A stretch of DNA of 64,000 bases from Pecten maximus (Eukaryota), in the NCBI RefSeq assembly GCF_902652985.1, contig NC_047016.1:25234001-25298000 (forward strand). Reading direction: 5' to 3'. Below the pieces are notes generated by a model that was not told the DNA's origin, made no database searches, and saw only the letters and a list, made by a program, of their open reading frames with translations. Positions 12,501 through 25,500 of this stretch are shown in pieces (positions within the stretch are counted from its first letter, which is position 1; each line of letters opens with the position of its first letter). The position numbers and the translations under genes were made by a program.

Positions 12501-13058
12501 ATAAGCAGAAGTCAAAACAAATTCGACATGAACATCAAGTAAGGCAGACTATGCGGATTTGGTTTCTTTTTGAAAAATACCTCACTGCAGATTGTTGTAT
12601 ATATGACAACTTTACTGGGTTTCAATTTTTCTATAATTTTCACCATAGATATTTCACATAATGGTCCAAATAATTGCCAAATATTTGGGGTGTACAAGAA
12701 CCGGAAGTAGTCGCACCAATTCCGTAAAATGTGAACATGGCTTAAAATTGGCTTAAAGATATAGGCATTTTTGGGGTTTTAAATGGTGTAATATTTTTAA
12801 TAGAAATTTTTTGTATCATAAATGCATCTATGATTTGCAGTAGATACCACTCTAAGGAAATGATAACTTTTTGAAGCTAAAAAAAGTTAAATATGCGTTA
12901 TTTTGACTAAAACTGGAACCCTGTCACACTCCCATGTAGGGTGATAAATGGTCAAAGAACAGGCCCCTGGAACCTTTTGATTTTTTTAAACATATTTTAT
13001 GGGTTGTCTCATATAGTACTACAAATATCACCCGGTATTTATTAAGTTGGCTCGTGGC
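9585..13058 (+). mobile_element. PHIS-superfamily (Harbinger/ISL2EU/Spy-related) DNA transposon, copy 1 of tandem dimer
   Basis: Left TIR of ~520 bp starts GGACCTGTTACAGGTTAC; right TIR ~12560-13058 lacks its last ~28 bp; internal decayed transposase. Confidence 0.85.
10545..12349 (+). pseudogene. Decayed DDE_Tnp_4-type transposase with C-terminal SWIM zinc finger (copy 1)
   Basis: Motifs ANEGRTCTKSRWVVEAYHGRLKKW (Harbinger-type DDE third-acidic-residue region) and AYYCVCPARKRTSGMCAHVAS (SWIM CxC..CxH); several frameshifts and stops. Confidence 0.8.
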
Positions 13059-16000
13059 TTTTTTGCTTCAAAAAGTTATCATTTTCTTTAGAGTGATATT
13101 TACTGCAAATTATAGATGCATTTATGCAACAAAAAAAATATCTATTAGAAAAATTACACGATCTTAAACCCCCAAAATACCTATATTTTTAAGCCAATGT
13201 CAAGCCATGTTCACTTTTTACGGAATTGGTAAAACTACTTCCGGTTCTTGTACACCCAAAATATTTGGCAATTATTTGAACAATTATGTTAAATATCTAT
13301 GGTAAAAATTGAAAACCGGTAAAATTGTCATATATACAACAATCTGCAGGGAGGTAAATTTTCAAAAAGAATCCAATAACCATGTACATGTGTTATTATA
13401 AAATAACTATTCAACTAAACAGACACCATGTAATGTAAATTGCGCATAAATTCTTTCAATCAATCCATTTTTTCCGCATAATGAGGCACATTAATAAGCT
13501 AATCTTGATGATAACACAAAAGGAACATTGTCAACATTTTATTGGCAATGTTTCAACTTTGTTTGTTTTTGTTTTGTTGTTGTTTTTTCAATGTCCTTTT
13601 TTCTTATAAAAATATTGACAATGCAAAATAAATAATACAGCTTATATCTAAGTTTGGAAAGGTGGCAAGATGAAATGGACCTCCCTGCATGAAGCCCTCG
13701 ACAACAAAATATTGTACTTGTGTGAACACTGTTCAGTAGTGTTCGCATTATCAGTTTAGTTATTCAAATTGCACTTGAGAATGAACACATCCTAACAGCA
13801 AATCATTAAGATGGATGATACATATATCATGCCTGGTTGTAAGGCAAGGTTTCGGGACATTAAAAAAGATTGCAAAACTGCTAGATCGTTAGACTCTCCA
13901 CAAAATAATTGGTTGAAGTCTTTACTTCTTGCTGAAGGTCTTTCTGTCGAAAACGGCAGCAGGATGTGCATGAAATGCTATGTTCAACATGTAAGGAAAA
14001 TACATCATTTAGAAACTCAAGACGAATCCCAGACTGATCAGGACTGGGAGGAGGAAGATGAAGTAATTGACGAACCCCAACCTACTGCGCCATTGCCACT
14101 GCTTAACATAGCAGATCTGAAATATCCATCTTCTTCCCATCACAAATGTTCGGTTTGCCTTCAGTACAATGACGTATGTACAATTATTCCAAGACCTCTC
14201 TGCTCATTAATAACAGACTTTCGTGTCCTCCTGATGCCCGCATTTGCCCCAAACATCTCATTGGAAGCTTTTTGCATCTAGATACTGAGGTCTCTATGCT
14301 TGAGCAAGTAGCATTGCAAAGTAAGCTTGACGAGGACAATGGCTCTGCGGTCGTAAATGACCTGCTTGAGATAATTCACGAAATATCCAAAGAATAGTGT
14401 CCCAAAATTAAGGTTAGCCACGCTCTCTGATTCTGACTGCCTCGCATGGACAGGGTGAAATGTAGAGCAATTCAGGGAAATGATTCCTTTTTGCAAACCT
14501 GACATGCTAAGTGTCTTGGACGATTTCAGCTCTGAAGACTTGCTTCTTTTCTTCTGGGCAAAATTAAAAACTGGCCTGTAATGGAGGAAATTGTCATATC
14601 TGACCACAAAATCCACAGTCTCGCTATCCAAGTATTTCCACAAGGTCATCGAGGCTCTGAACATCTCCCTTGTGCCAAACACCTTGGTATAAATCATATA
14701 ACACGCGAGGAAGCAATGCACCATAACACAGTGTTTATAAAAACATTTTTTTGGCGACAAAGTGAGTGTAATCCTAGATGGAACTTACATTTACCTCAAC
14801 AAAAGTTCGCACCATGCTTTTCAGAGGTCATCATATTGTGGACAGAAAAAAACACATTAACTCAAGTTTATGTCCATTGTTTCTTGCTGAGATGGGGTAT
14901 GATGCAAAGATGCCATCCTTTCTGCCTGCTGGAAAATCCCAAGTTGATACATTCCAGGCAAATGAAGGCAGAACGTGTACCAAATCTCGTTGGGTTGTCG
15001 AGGCATACCATGGTCGTTTGAAGAAATGGATTTTGTTTAAATGTTCTCGTGCCAATTATTGGCAAACTTGTTCGCATTACAACTGCATGTCTACATGCTT
15101 TCAGAGGACCAATACAGCGTGACACAAAAATGACCCAACGCATGATTTCAATGTCCAATAGTGACAATGCATGGGCCAAGCGTGTCGCAAATGATTCAAC
15201 CATGACCCGTAGAGCTAAGAGTGAGTGGCAAAAGCTGGAGGCCTCACAATTTTTTAATTTCCAAATCTGGACTTAAAGTATCTGGAAACTCTGGCTTGCG
15301 GTACATACCAACTGAAGTTTGCACCTGGTTATATCACAGAACATCAGACAAATGATGGTGATTACGAAATGTGGGTATACCAGCATGCTAATGACATCAT
15401 CAGAGGGCAAATCCACTCTCGTCACCGGTCTCAAACAAAGTCCAATGTTTGGATCCAGTTTGATTGTGATGCATTGGATGATCCTGTCAATGCATACTAT
15501 TGTGTGTGTCCTGCTAGAAAAAGAACATCAGGGATGTGTGCTCATGTGGCATCTTGTATTACCTTGGATATTATGTCCATTTAACAGATGCAAAAACTCT
15601 CCAGCCTTCGGCCCGAAAGTTCAGAGATAGCATTTTGTAATTTCATGAGGGTCGAAACTTGCACAGAGATTTGAAATTCAGAAAACAATACAACATAAAC
15701 ATTGGTATATGAACAACTACATGAAGGTGAAAACATTTTTTTGGATATCGAAGATAACCATTATCATTGATTTGTATAATGATAAGCTGATGTCAAAACA
15801 AGTTTGACATGAACATCAGGTAAGGCAGGCTCTGCGGATTTGGTTTCTTTTTGAAAAGTACCTCCCTACAGATTGTTGTATATATGACAACTTTACTGGG
15901 TTTCAATTTTTCTATAATTTTCACCATAGATATTTCACATAATGGTCCAAATAATTGCCAAATATTTGGGGTGTACAAAAACCGGAAGTAGTTGTACCAA

Positions 16001-16376
16001 TTCCGTAAAAAGCAAACATGGCTTAAAATTGGCTTAAAAATATAGGTATTTTTGGGGTTTAAGATTGTGTAATTTTTTTTAATAGATATGTTTTTGTTGC
16101 ATAAAGGCATATATAATTTGCAGTAGATATCACTCTAAAGAAAATGATAATTTTTTGAAGCAAAAAAAAGTTAAATGTGCGTTATTTTGACTAAGAATGG
16201 AACCCTGTCACACTCCCATGTAGGGTGATATCAAAATGGTCATAGAATAGGCCCCTGGGACCTTTTAAATTTTCTAAACATATTTCATGGGTTGTCTCAT
16301 ATAGTACTACAAATATCACCCCGGTAATTATTGAATTGGCTCGTGGGCAAAAACCAATGTAACCTGTAACGGGTCC
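13059..16376 (+). mobile_element. Same PHIS-type transposon, copy 2 of tandem dimer
   Basis: Starts ~205 bp into the left TIR; intact right TIR ends GTAACCTGTAACGGGTCC at 16376; near-identical to copy 1 over most of its length. Confidence 0.85.
13811..15630 (+). pseudogene. Decayed DDE_Tnp_4/SWIM transposase (copy 2)
   Basis: Same motifs and mostly the same disabling lesions as copy 1, but retains 14 bp that copy 1 lacks at ~10823. Confidence 0.8.
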
Positions 16377-16671
16377 TTTAGGGTGGGGCGGGACAATTCA
16401 CTTTACCATGGTCATGGTAAAGGGAAGCATTTCCCTATTTTCTTACTAATTAACTTGTTCACCAAACTTTTTCAGATTACTTCAGTTTATTATCGTGCGC
16501 CGTGGCAGCAACCTTGAAAAATACATTTTAAACTTCTTCACTTTTAAAAGTTCAATGTAAGAACTAGTGAAATGCTTCATTTTACCATGGCCATTGTAAA
16601 GTGAAGCGACCTGAGCCACCCTAATTTGTGTTTTATCAGGTTTTTTTTCTACGTCAATTTTCACCCCATAG

Positions 16672-17208
16672 CTGCCCTGCAGGTAGGGCGTAAGAATTGT
16701 ACCTGCTGCCCCCATTGCATGATCGTAAGAGACGACTAAATTTGGGATCTTATCTTTTCTCTTCTTTCTTAACAACTTTTTTCTTCCTAATGTCTTCCTT
16801 AACAATGCCTCACTTTTGGCCTTTAGTTGAGCGTTCGCCCCTGTGAGGAAGGCTTTGGGTTCTGTCCCCTGGCCGAGACATACCAGAGTCTTTAAAAATG
16901 GTAGTTGCTACTCCTGCTTAGCGCTCAGCATATTTGGAGTGGGACGACTGGTTCGCCCGTTGTCAGTATAATGTGACCGGGTGGGGTGTGCTGCTGGGTG
17001 TCTTCGGCAGTATGCTTCAGTGAGGTAGCACTATAAATCGGCAAAAGTTCCGGCCTATCACAAGGAGACTTAACACGACCATACCGCAGCCTCCCAAAAC
17101 ACACATACGCACTCACCACACGCATGCATGTCGCACGCACGGGAGGCCGTCCTTAAATGACCTTAGCTGTTAATAGGACGTTAAACAAAATAAACCAAAC
17201 CAAACCAA
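16672..17208 (+). mobile_element. Full-length SINE, second copy of the 1365-1901 family
   Basis: TSD tcaccccatag at 16661-16671 and 17209-17219; identical 5' start ctgccctgcaggtaggg; (AAACC)n tail. Confidence 0.85.
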
Positions 17209-17242
17209 TCACCCCATAGATAATTGTCTGTTCCGGTTTAGT

Positions 17243-17610
17243 CCCGGCGAGGTACATCGGTAGTGTGTGATAGACCCCTTATTCCCGACGAGGTACATTT
17301 GTAGTGTGTGATAGACCCTTTATTCCCGGCGAGGTACATTTGTAGTGTGTGATAGACCCCTTATTACCGACGAGGTACATCCGTATTGTGTGATAGACAC
17401 CTTATTCCCGGCAGGGTACATCAGTAGTGTGTGATAGACCCCTTATTCCCGGCGAGGTACATCAGTAGTGTGTGATAGACCCCTTATTCCCAGCGAGGTA
17501 CATCAGTAGTGTGTGATAGACCCCTTATTCCCGGCGAGGTACATCAGTAGTGTGTGATAGACCCCTTATTCCCGGCGAGGTACATTGTTTGTGTTTGAGG
17601 AACCCCTTAT
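17243..17610. repeat. 41-bp minisatellite, ~9 copies
   Basis: Unit cccggcgaggtacatcagtagtgtgtgatagaccccttatt. Confidence 0.9.
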
Positions 17611-17639
17611 GGGATTGATAGCATTATTGACACCTTTCA

Positions 17640-18420
17640 GCAGGTAATTGCAAGCTTTGGTTATACAATAGTATTCAACAGGATTATGGCACAGTTTTCC
17701 TCCTGGAGCAAAGTTGACTGATTGTTTCCCTTTTTCCTAGTTTATGATTAAGAATTTAAGTGTCTTATCAATGTGGAAGAAGTTGTCAAAATGTCTCCAT
17801 TTGCCTCTCATCTAGTCACCAAGTGATAAACAGTACTTTTAATGGCGAAGAATTCTCTCTCCGTTGAACAAAAAAAACCTCAAAATTCTTAGGTCTGATG
17901 AACGTCACAAAATTTAACCATTGTTTCCCTTGTTGATTAAAGACACTATAAGATATTCTTTCTCGTGACACGTGTACATGGTAGTTACATGGCAAATATT
18001 TGAAATATGTGGGGATACATCGTCATGCTTATTATTACAGTCTGTACAGTCAGCTGATCTAACATTGAAGTCATCAGCCAGAATGATATTAGCTTTGCAT
18101 GCTTTACAGGCTAGTGTAATCATCAGTATAGAGTTAAGATGATATAGGCAGATTACAAACAGTACAGTTATATATACTGTATATATATATCATATATCTA
18201 TTGATTTCCTAACTTAATCCATAGTCTGTTAACCTATTGAGCTATTTTAGCCACATAGCTTTTTATGTATAAAATATTAACACCACTATGGATCATTGCT
18301 CTTCTGTTTCCCCTATGGAATTTGGAAATAGCCTTGTTGCCTGGGTGTGGTAATATTTTGAAGTTATCGCCCGTCCAGGTATTATTCTCAGGTATTGCTC
18401 AAAAGTAAAGAAGTATCTGT
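17640..18420 (-). mobile_element. Highly degraded LINE fragment (APE endonuclease region)
   Basis: Minus-strand NIILADDFNVR resembles the GDFN motif of AP-endonuclease domains; heavily interrupted. Confidence 0.45.
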
Positions 18421-19598
18421 GTTCGTACCATAATTTTTTTTTCAGAGGAATTTTTTAGTTTTCCGGCTGTGAAAAAATTGTACACATCAGTTGTGAATAC
18501 ATACCGCCCGAAACAACCAATAAGAAATTATATCTTTATAAATAGATTAACACTAGTAAATTTTCAACCTGTCTTCAAAGTATTACACAATGCATACCAT
18601 AAATAAAGCGAAGTGCTGTGAAATTAACACGTGTTTAAATAAATGTCATCTAAAAATGAGAAAGTTAATTATAATTGTGATTACGACGACAGCGCGCATG
18701 TCTCCAAAGACATTCCCTTCTAAATTACACACTATTAATAATTACCACAGGGCGAGAAAGTTGAACTTCGTGTTAATAGCAATCTGTTGTTGACAAAATG
18801 ATGACAAGTAACCAACCATAGACAGACCCCCGTCTCTAGAATATCATATTTATAAATCATAAATAAGATGGAGCGCTTTATGATTTCGGCCTCGGGGAAG
18901 GGGGCAATAAACTAGTGTAAGAATTTTATTGGGTTTTTTTTTTTTTGTTATTTTTACAAAACAAAGGCACTGGTTACAAGTCTACAGAGTAAGATACAAG
19001 ATTACCTGACCATAAAATATTATAAGCATTACAACAGAATATACGTCCATGAAAAGAATATTTCAATAATAATACATGCTAAATGTCTTGCTTTACTGTC
19101 TATTTCAAAAAAGGAATGCGCGTAACACGAATAAAATACTCATTTGTAGATACAGTAATCTCTTCTGATACTATTACGGCATACACAACTGATATCATGT
19201 GTTTTATTGTTTGTCATCTATCAATAACAATTACATGCTTCAGTGAAGAGTTGTAATGAAAATACGGCATTAAGGACTTTCACATAAAAATGTACTGAAA
19301 TAGATACACACACATATATACATATATATATATGCGCGCGTGTGTGTGTATTTACTCGTAGAAATGTCCTAATACACATCTTTCTATACTTCATGTCATA
19401 TATACAAGCACCATGCATAAAAACGACAATCTATTATTTTATCGCTTATGGCACAGATGCAAACACTTACCTGTCTGTGAAATACGGCCAACGTCGGGGA
19501 GGCGTGACATGGGGGCGTGGTCAGGGAGTCGTATTGGTACAAATTCTGGTGTCCTGGCATACCTCTAGCGCTGGTCCACGACGCGACATCTACTCAAA

Positions 19599-22500
19599 AT
19601 GGAGAAGATTATTATCGTAAGTATGATGTTAGATCTATAGCATTTTTATCATTGATTTCATAATTGTTCATCAGTTTAATAATATAGTGTTGATATATAT
19701 AATCACAACCTTGTACCTCGCATGACTCTTTTAGTATAACACTCAACATAAAACTAACGTGGTTTTTATCCTAAAACACTACAAATGTAAGGTACAACTT
19801 AGTTTCTCTTATTGTTTAAATCCTGTAGTCCATAAATATAACGGTTATTTTCTCTGTGTGAAAAAATCTACAACCTAATTGGGAAGAGTTTTGGTGCCAC
19901 GTTCAAGTTACCTGTTGTTTATAATAATATTATTATTCTTATATTCTTATATTCAATCAACCAATTTAGATCAAATAAAATAAACCATACAAACATACAT
20001 ATATGTAACAGCAAACTTAAAAATAACAAAGTCGGGAACAACGTAATACTTTTAAAATGACTTGTAGTTTGCTGGATGTCGAGTATAAAGATTTAAGATT
20101 GATTTGGTAAGAATCGAAGAAGGTAAACTGACTAGAATAGTTATCTAATTCATAATTACATCAGTAATCTCTTAATATAAAGACACATGCAAAACAATCA
20201 AAAACAAAAGTGGCGGTAATCATGCAATCCTTGTTATGATTGCAGATTGTGGCCCTTGCTATGCCCTATTACTTATTTTGTTTACAGGTTAACAACGGGT
20301 TAAAAAAAACTGCCATTAAGTTTTTTTAGTCCAACCACGACGTTTTGACTATCGCCTTAAACCCTTGTTAAGGTGACTTATGTTGGTATATCATTTCGCT
20401 GCATCCAACAATTCCATGGTACGCGTCTGATTTGGACAACAATGGTATATCTTATGAAACCCATTGCCGTCATGGCATACTCTATCTAAACATAGCTACT
20501 GTACTACGATGTATCCAACAGTAAAGGACGGAAACCGATTTGCTTCTGAATTTCGTCACTTTTTGCCACAAGCAAGTATGGCGAGCCCATGATGTCATTT
20601 CTACTATTACTAAATTCATATTGATAGGAGGTGCGACTCATTTATATGCATTTATTTGTATAGTCATTTAATCAATACATTTTCTTGTTTGTACATATCA
20701 AGGCTTTTGGGAGTTCCTTCAGGGTAATTTAAAAGCGTGGCCATTGTAATTAACCTTCCATCGGGATAGAATTTCGAAGCATTCTGAAAGCAAACGGTAT
20801 TTTATAATTATACTGTTCAAATTGTATGGTTTTTTTAAACTTGACAACAAAAGTATGGTGCCATGTTTCAAATTCATAATTTATATTATGAGGGTAGTTT
20901 TCTATGCATTGTGCCTTTTAGTGCAAATTATGCATCACGCAAATCTTCAGTTAGACAGCGGAACCGCCCGCCCTTATCATGTTTCAACTTATAAGTCATA
21001 AAATCATCTAACCAATTTGCATGCAGATATTCAACATCAGCTTTCAAACATTTTCTTAGTTCTAATCATTATTTGCGCCCTAAATATTTAAAGGTGTAGA
21101 CAAATCCTAGGGTCGGAAATAAGTTTTACACAATTTCCTTGATATACAAATTTAGATTTGATGAACGAAATTATTTTCGTATATTTGTTCAAAGGTGGTT
21201 TAAACATGTTTCCTATTTTCCACTACCTCTAGATATGTTTTCAAGCTTTAATGGTGTGTTTTTCATTCTTGTGATATTTGGTATCGTTGATGAGTATCAA
21301 ACAGGCTATGACGTGCAGTAAGTGTTAAAATTCCATTTCATTGTTGTCTCACTACTCTATAACATGTGATAGGTTAAGATCTGCAGTTCTTGTTACAATA
21401 TGGGAAAATATACATCAACCATAAATAGAAAGTACAATTTATTCACTCTCAAATTGAGGCCTTTTCGTCATCTTTTTTATCAATAGACAGAAAAGAATTG
21501 TTTCATGCATTTTGTCATCACTTTTGTCACATTATTTTATACTGATTATGCTGCCTTCTATGTAAGTTTTTTTTATGTATAGCTATAGCTAAGCTACATA
21601 CTTTGTATTCAAGTTATATATATATATACAGTTTGTGTATGTAAGTGTGTGTGAAAGTGTCTTTGTTTCTTTCTTTATTATATAATTACTTTATGTGGAA
21701 AATCTTGATAAAAATGTCGAAAGTAGAAAAAAAATATCTGCAGTCCTGTTGAGAAAGGCTTTACTTGGTCAGAATTGTTCTATCCGCGATGTTTTGGTCG
21801 TTGGTGTTTTACAGTCGACCCCATCACGTAACATCAGTGAGAATTTTGCTTTTTTGTAGATAATTTGTCACTTACATAAGCCATACCAGACCTGTCACCT
21901 ACAAAGCTCAAACCGTATTTGGCGTTAGACCTGTAACCTACATCAGACACGTCAGATTTGGCTTTAGACCTGTAACCTACATAGATCATACCGTATTTGG
22001 CGTTAGACCTGTAACCTAAATAGCCCATACCGTATTTGGCATACCGGATTTGGCGTTAGACCTGTAACCTACATAATTGTACATAGATCATACCAAATTT
22101 GGCGTTAGACCTGTAACCTAAATAGCCCATACCGTATTTGGCGTTAGACCTGTAAGCTACATAGCCCATACCGGATTTGGCGTTAGACCTGTAACCTACA
22201 TAGCCCATACCGGATTTGGCTTTAGACCTGTAACCTACATAGATCATACCGAATTTGGCGTTAGACCTGTAACCTACATAGATCATACCGAATTTGGCGT
22301 TAGACCTGTAACCCACATAAGACACTCCAAATTTTGCGTTAGACCTGTGACCTACAAAAGACATACAGCATTTGAGGTTAGATCTGTAAGTAACATAAGA
22401 TTTTGGTTAGATTTTGCGTTAGACCTGTAACCTATATCAGACATTCCGTGTTGAAGTAAGGCATGTTACGTACATAAGACTTGGCGTTAGACCAGCAATA

Positions 22501-25500
22501 CCCAATTTGGCGTGAGACGTGCTACCTACATTTGTTGTGGGGAAGGTTGTGGTGTTTTTCGTTGATCTATTTATGTCTCATCTATTTCGTTCTTTTGTGT
22601 TAATTTACTGAGATTTCTCCCACTTTTCCATTGAATGTTTACCAATGACACATTTTCTGCTGATAAGACAAATAATGCATGTTTGCTACTATATTCTATA
22701 TAACATGTAATAATATATCTTATATTTTCTATTGATCAAAACAGTTCACAAGCCAACATGGCTTTATCAATTTTTCACCATATTGTGATGTCAGAACACG
22801 CTAACATACATGTACTGTACTAGGTATATTGGCCTGATAGCTATGTCACCGCATAGATTCATAGATTATATATGTTAATGTACTTTGCTACCTTTTTTTA
22901 TATCCAGACAACCAACTTTCCAGTGATCGATTATATACACCACATGCCAGGAACTGTCGCTTTGCCAAAACTGACCTTAACAATTGGTCTATTTATGGGT
23001 ATGGTGGCGAGTCCCACGGTTTACAGTATATATAATTAGGATTTGTCTGCAGGTATTATGACAGGTTCCTTGTCTGGATCGGAAACATCTTGTTGGATAT
23101 CTGAAGTGTTTTGTATGCTCTTGTATCGTTTCCAAGGCTGATAAACAGGTCTCCCTTAAATTAATTAAATCATTTTTATATTTTTTCCGTATGTTGAACT
23201 TTCAATACAAATTGAGAATCCGATACATTCGAAATAATTAATTAAACAGAGCATACCGCTGTTTCGTCCTTCTAGGACTTGTCAGTGATGCTAAGGGCTT
23301 AAGGTGTTGATACCTATACCTTTTGAAGGCGACTGGAAATTTTAAAAACAAATAGAAATGTTGTGGAAGGGGGTCCTCTTAATTCCTTCATGATTTTCAA
23401 TACATAAGAACGTATCAAACATGTGTACATTTAAAACCGCGTTACTAATGGACTAAAATGTGACGTACATGTAACTATAAACATCGAGGACTGAAGTCCA
23501 CAAGCAGTGTCTACCACTTTCAAAGAATTGTACAAAGGCTATAAAAACTATTTTATATGATATATTACAGTCTACTGTCTCCGTTCTTGAAGGACACTTT
23601 CCATTAACTGTGCTGACCTTAAGCGTTAGTCGTACTACTTTATTATCTCAACGCACATGAGTTGTACAAACACACAAAAAACATGGCGTCGTCACATTTG
23701 GGGCTTTAATAATAACAACAACTATGGCTATGTTGCAGTAGATCCGTTTGGTATGAAGTTTCTTTTGTAAATTCGGAATCAAACAGTATCTATAATTTAG
23801 TTACAGTTACTAATAATAGTATCATCACAGTTTTACTCGTGAAATTTAATGTTTGGATTTAGTGTAAAATCAATTTGGTATTTTGTTACTCTGACAAAAT
23901 GGCTTAAATTTGTACGCTGAATCGACCAATCAGGATAAAAAACTAATGTGAAATTAATATGGCCATATCCAATTTCATAAGTAACATCAGGAGATATTGA
24001 TAAGCGTTTCCTTATTATTCGTCCTAATAAGAGAAGTCTTGTATATTTTTTTTTATATTTTGGCAAGCTTATAACTTTTTAATAAAACCCTAATTAACAA
24101 AATATTTCTGATTTCAGATTGACAATAGTTTGATATCAATTGTCGTTTTTGTTTGGAACGTATAGAAATACCAAAATATTCACTCGACCCGTGAAATAGC
24201 AATGCTAATTCATAAACAAACCAATAGTTTTTCCTTTATTCTTGTACTTTGACAGGCCCTTTGTGTCAATACCTGCACTAAACATGAATTTGATAATAAG
24301 TGATTATATTATATAAAAAAACAAACTATGAAAATATTGAAATTCAAAGTAAAATGTGTACTATCTTGTTAAAGTATTGTATATTGGTATAGATGTTGTG
24401 TAGTAGGAAAGTTAATTACACTGCAGTAACATGGAAATGCGTTTTTCTTTTGATCTATACAGTAAGAATATAGTTATAGGTATGAAAAAGGTTTATTAAT
24501 TACAGTCGTTATGCGTGTGTCAAGTAACTCTTATTATCTTGCCACACATCATACGTGTGTCAAGTAATTCTTACTCACGATATTCATATATTGCGCATGT
24601 ACATATTGCTCCGTGGAAGCGTTGAGTGAGTAGTATTGTTGTTTTGCACGTTTGTCGCTAATGAGATGTCAGAATAAGCAGAAGGATTAATTCATTACAG
24701 TCGTGATAATTATGACAGAGACAATTATCTCCCGGAAAGGAAGAGATATTTAACAGTTAAACTAACGCCAAAACTATGAAATTGCATTTTACATTTAATG
24801 TTATAATAATGTAGCGTTTGGCTCTTTGACCTTTCTATTTTTATGTTAAAGTATTTGTCACTGGTATGGCAAAGCGCACTGCCAGAAGGGGGTTGGTTTA
24901 TGATACACCGGAAGTTTCGGCGTATACTGATGAGCTGTATTATTGTAAAGGCAATTTGTAAAGCATTTTTTCTAGCCAAAATTTAATGTATTTTTTATTG
25001 TTATTCACATTCACATTTCATATGCACACAACTTACAGGGTAATTTGTTGAAATATTGTCGTAACGAAAACACATTTTTCATGAACGAAAGATACGTTAT
25101 TAAATATAACAATTACGAAGATTCATCTTTTTCCTGGATGTTAAAAAATCCTTTCATACATTCTCCCTCCTCGATTAAATTTAAAAAAGTAAGAAATCTT
25201 AATATTTTCTTAAAATGCCAAATGTTAGAATGTTTAAATGAGACAATGGTTTAATTGATTTGTTTCGTTTTATCCTTACAGCTGCTATTAGTAGTAGTCG
25301 TGGTGGTTTCTCAGGCTCAATCACAAAAACCGTCGTCTCGTTCAGGTCGGTTACAGCAATCTGGTAGACGGTCCAGTGGAAGAAGTGGTAGGCCATCTCA
25401 AGGTGCCGTTCTATCCAAACCGGCTTCTGCCGCTACAGGAAAACCTTCAGGCGCCAAATTAACTGCCAAATTAGTTACTGCCCCAGAAGCAAAATCACGA

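Noticed and set aside
17243-17610. CRISPR-like appearance of the 41-bp, 39-bp and 38-bp arrays
   Set aside because: Units are contiguous with no unique spacers, there are no cas genes, and the context is eukaryotic.
21834-22364. Gly/Tyr-rich periodic ORFs resembling a shell or adhesive protein
   Set aside because: Translation of a 39-bp minisatellite, antisense in an intron; frames break and there are no splice signals or signal peptide.
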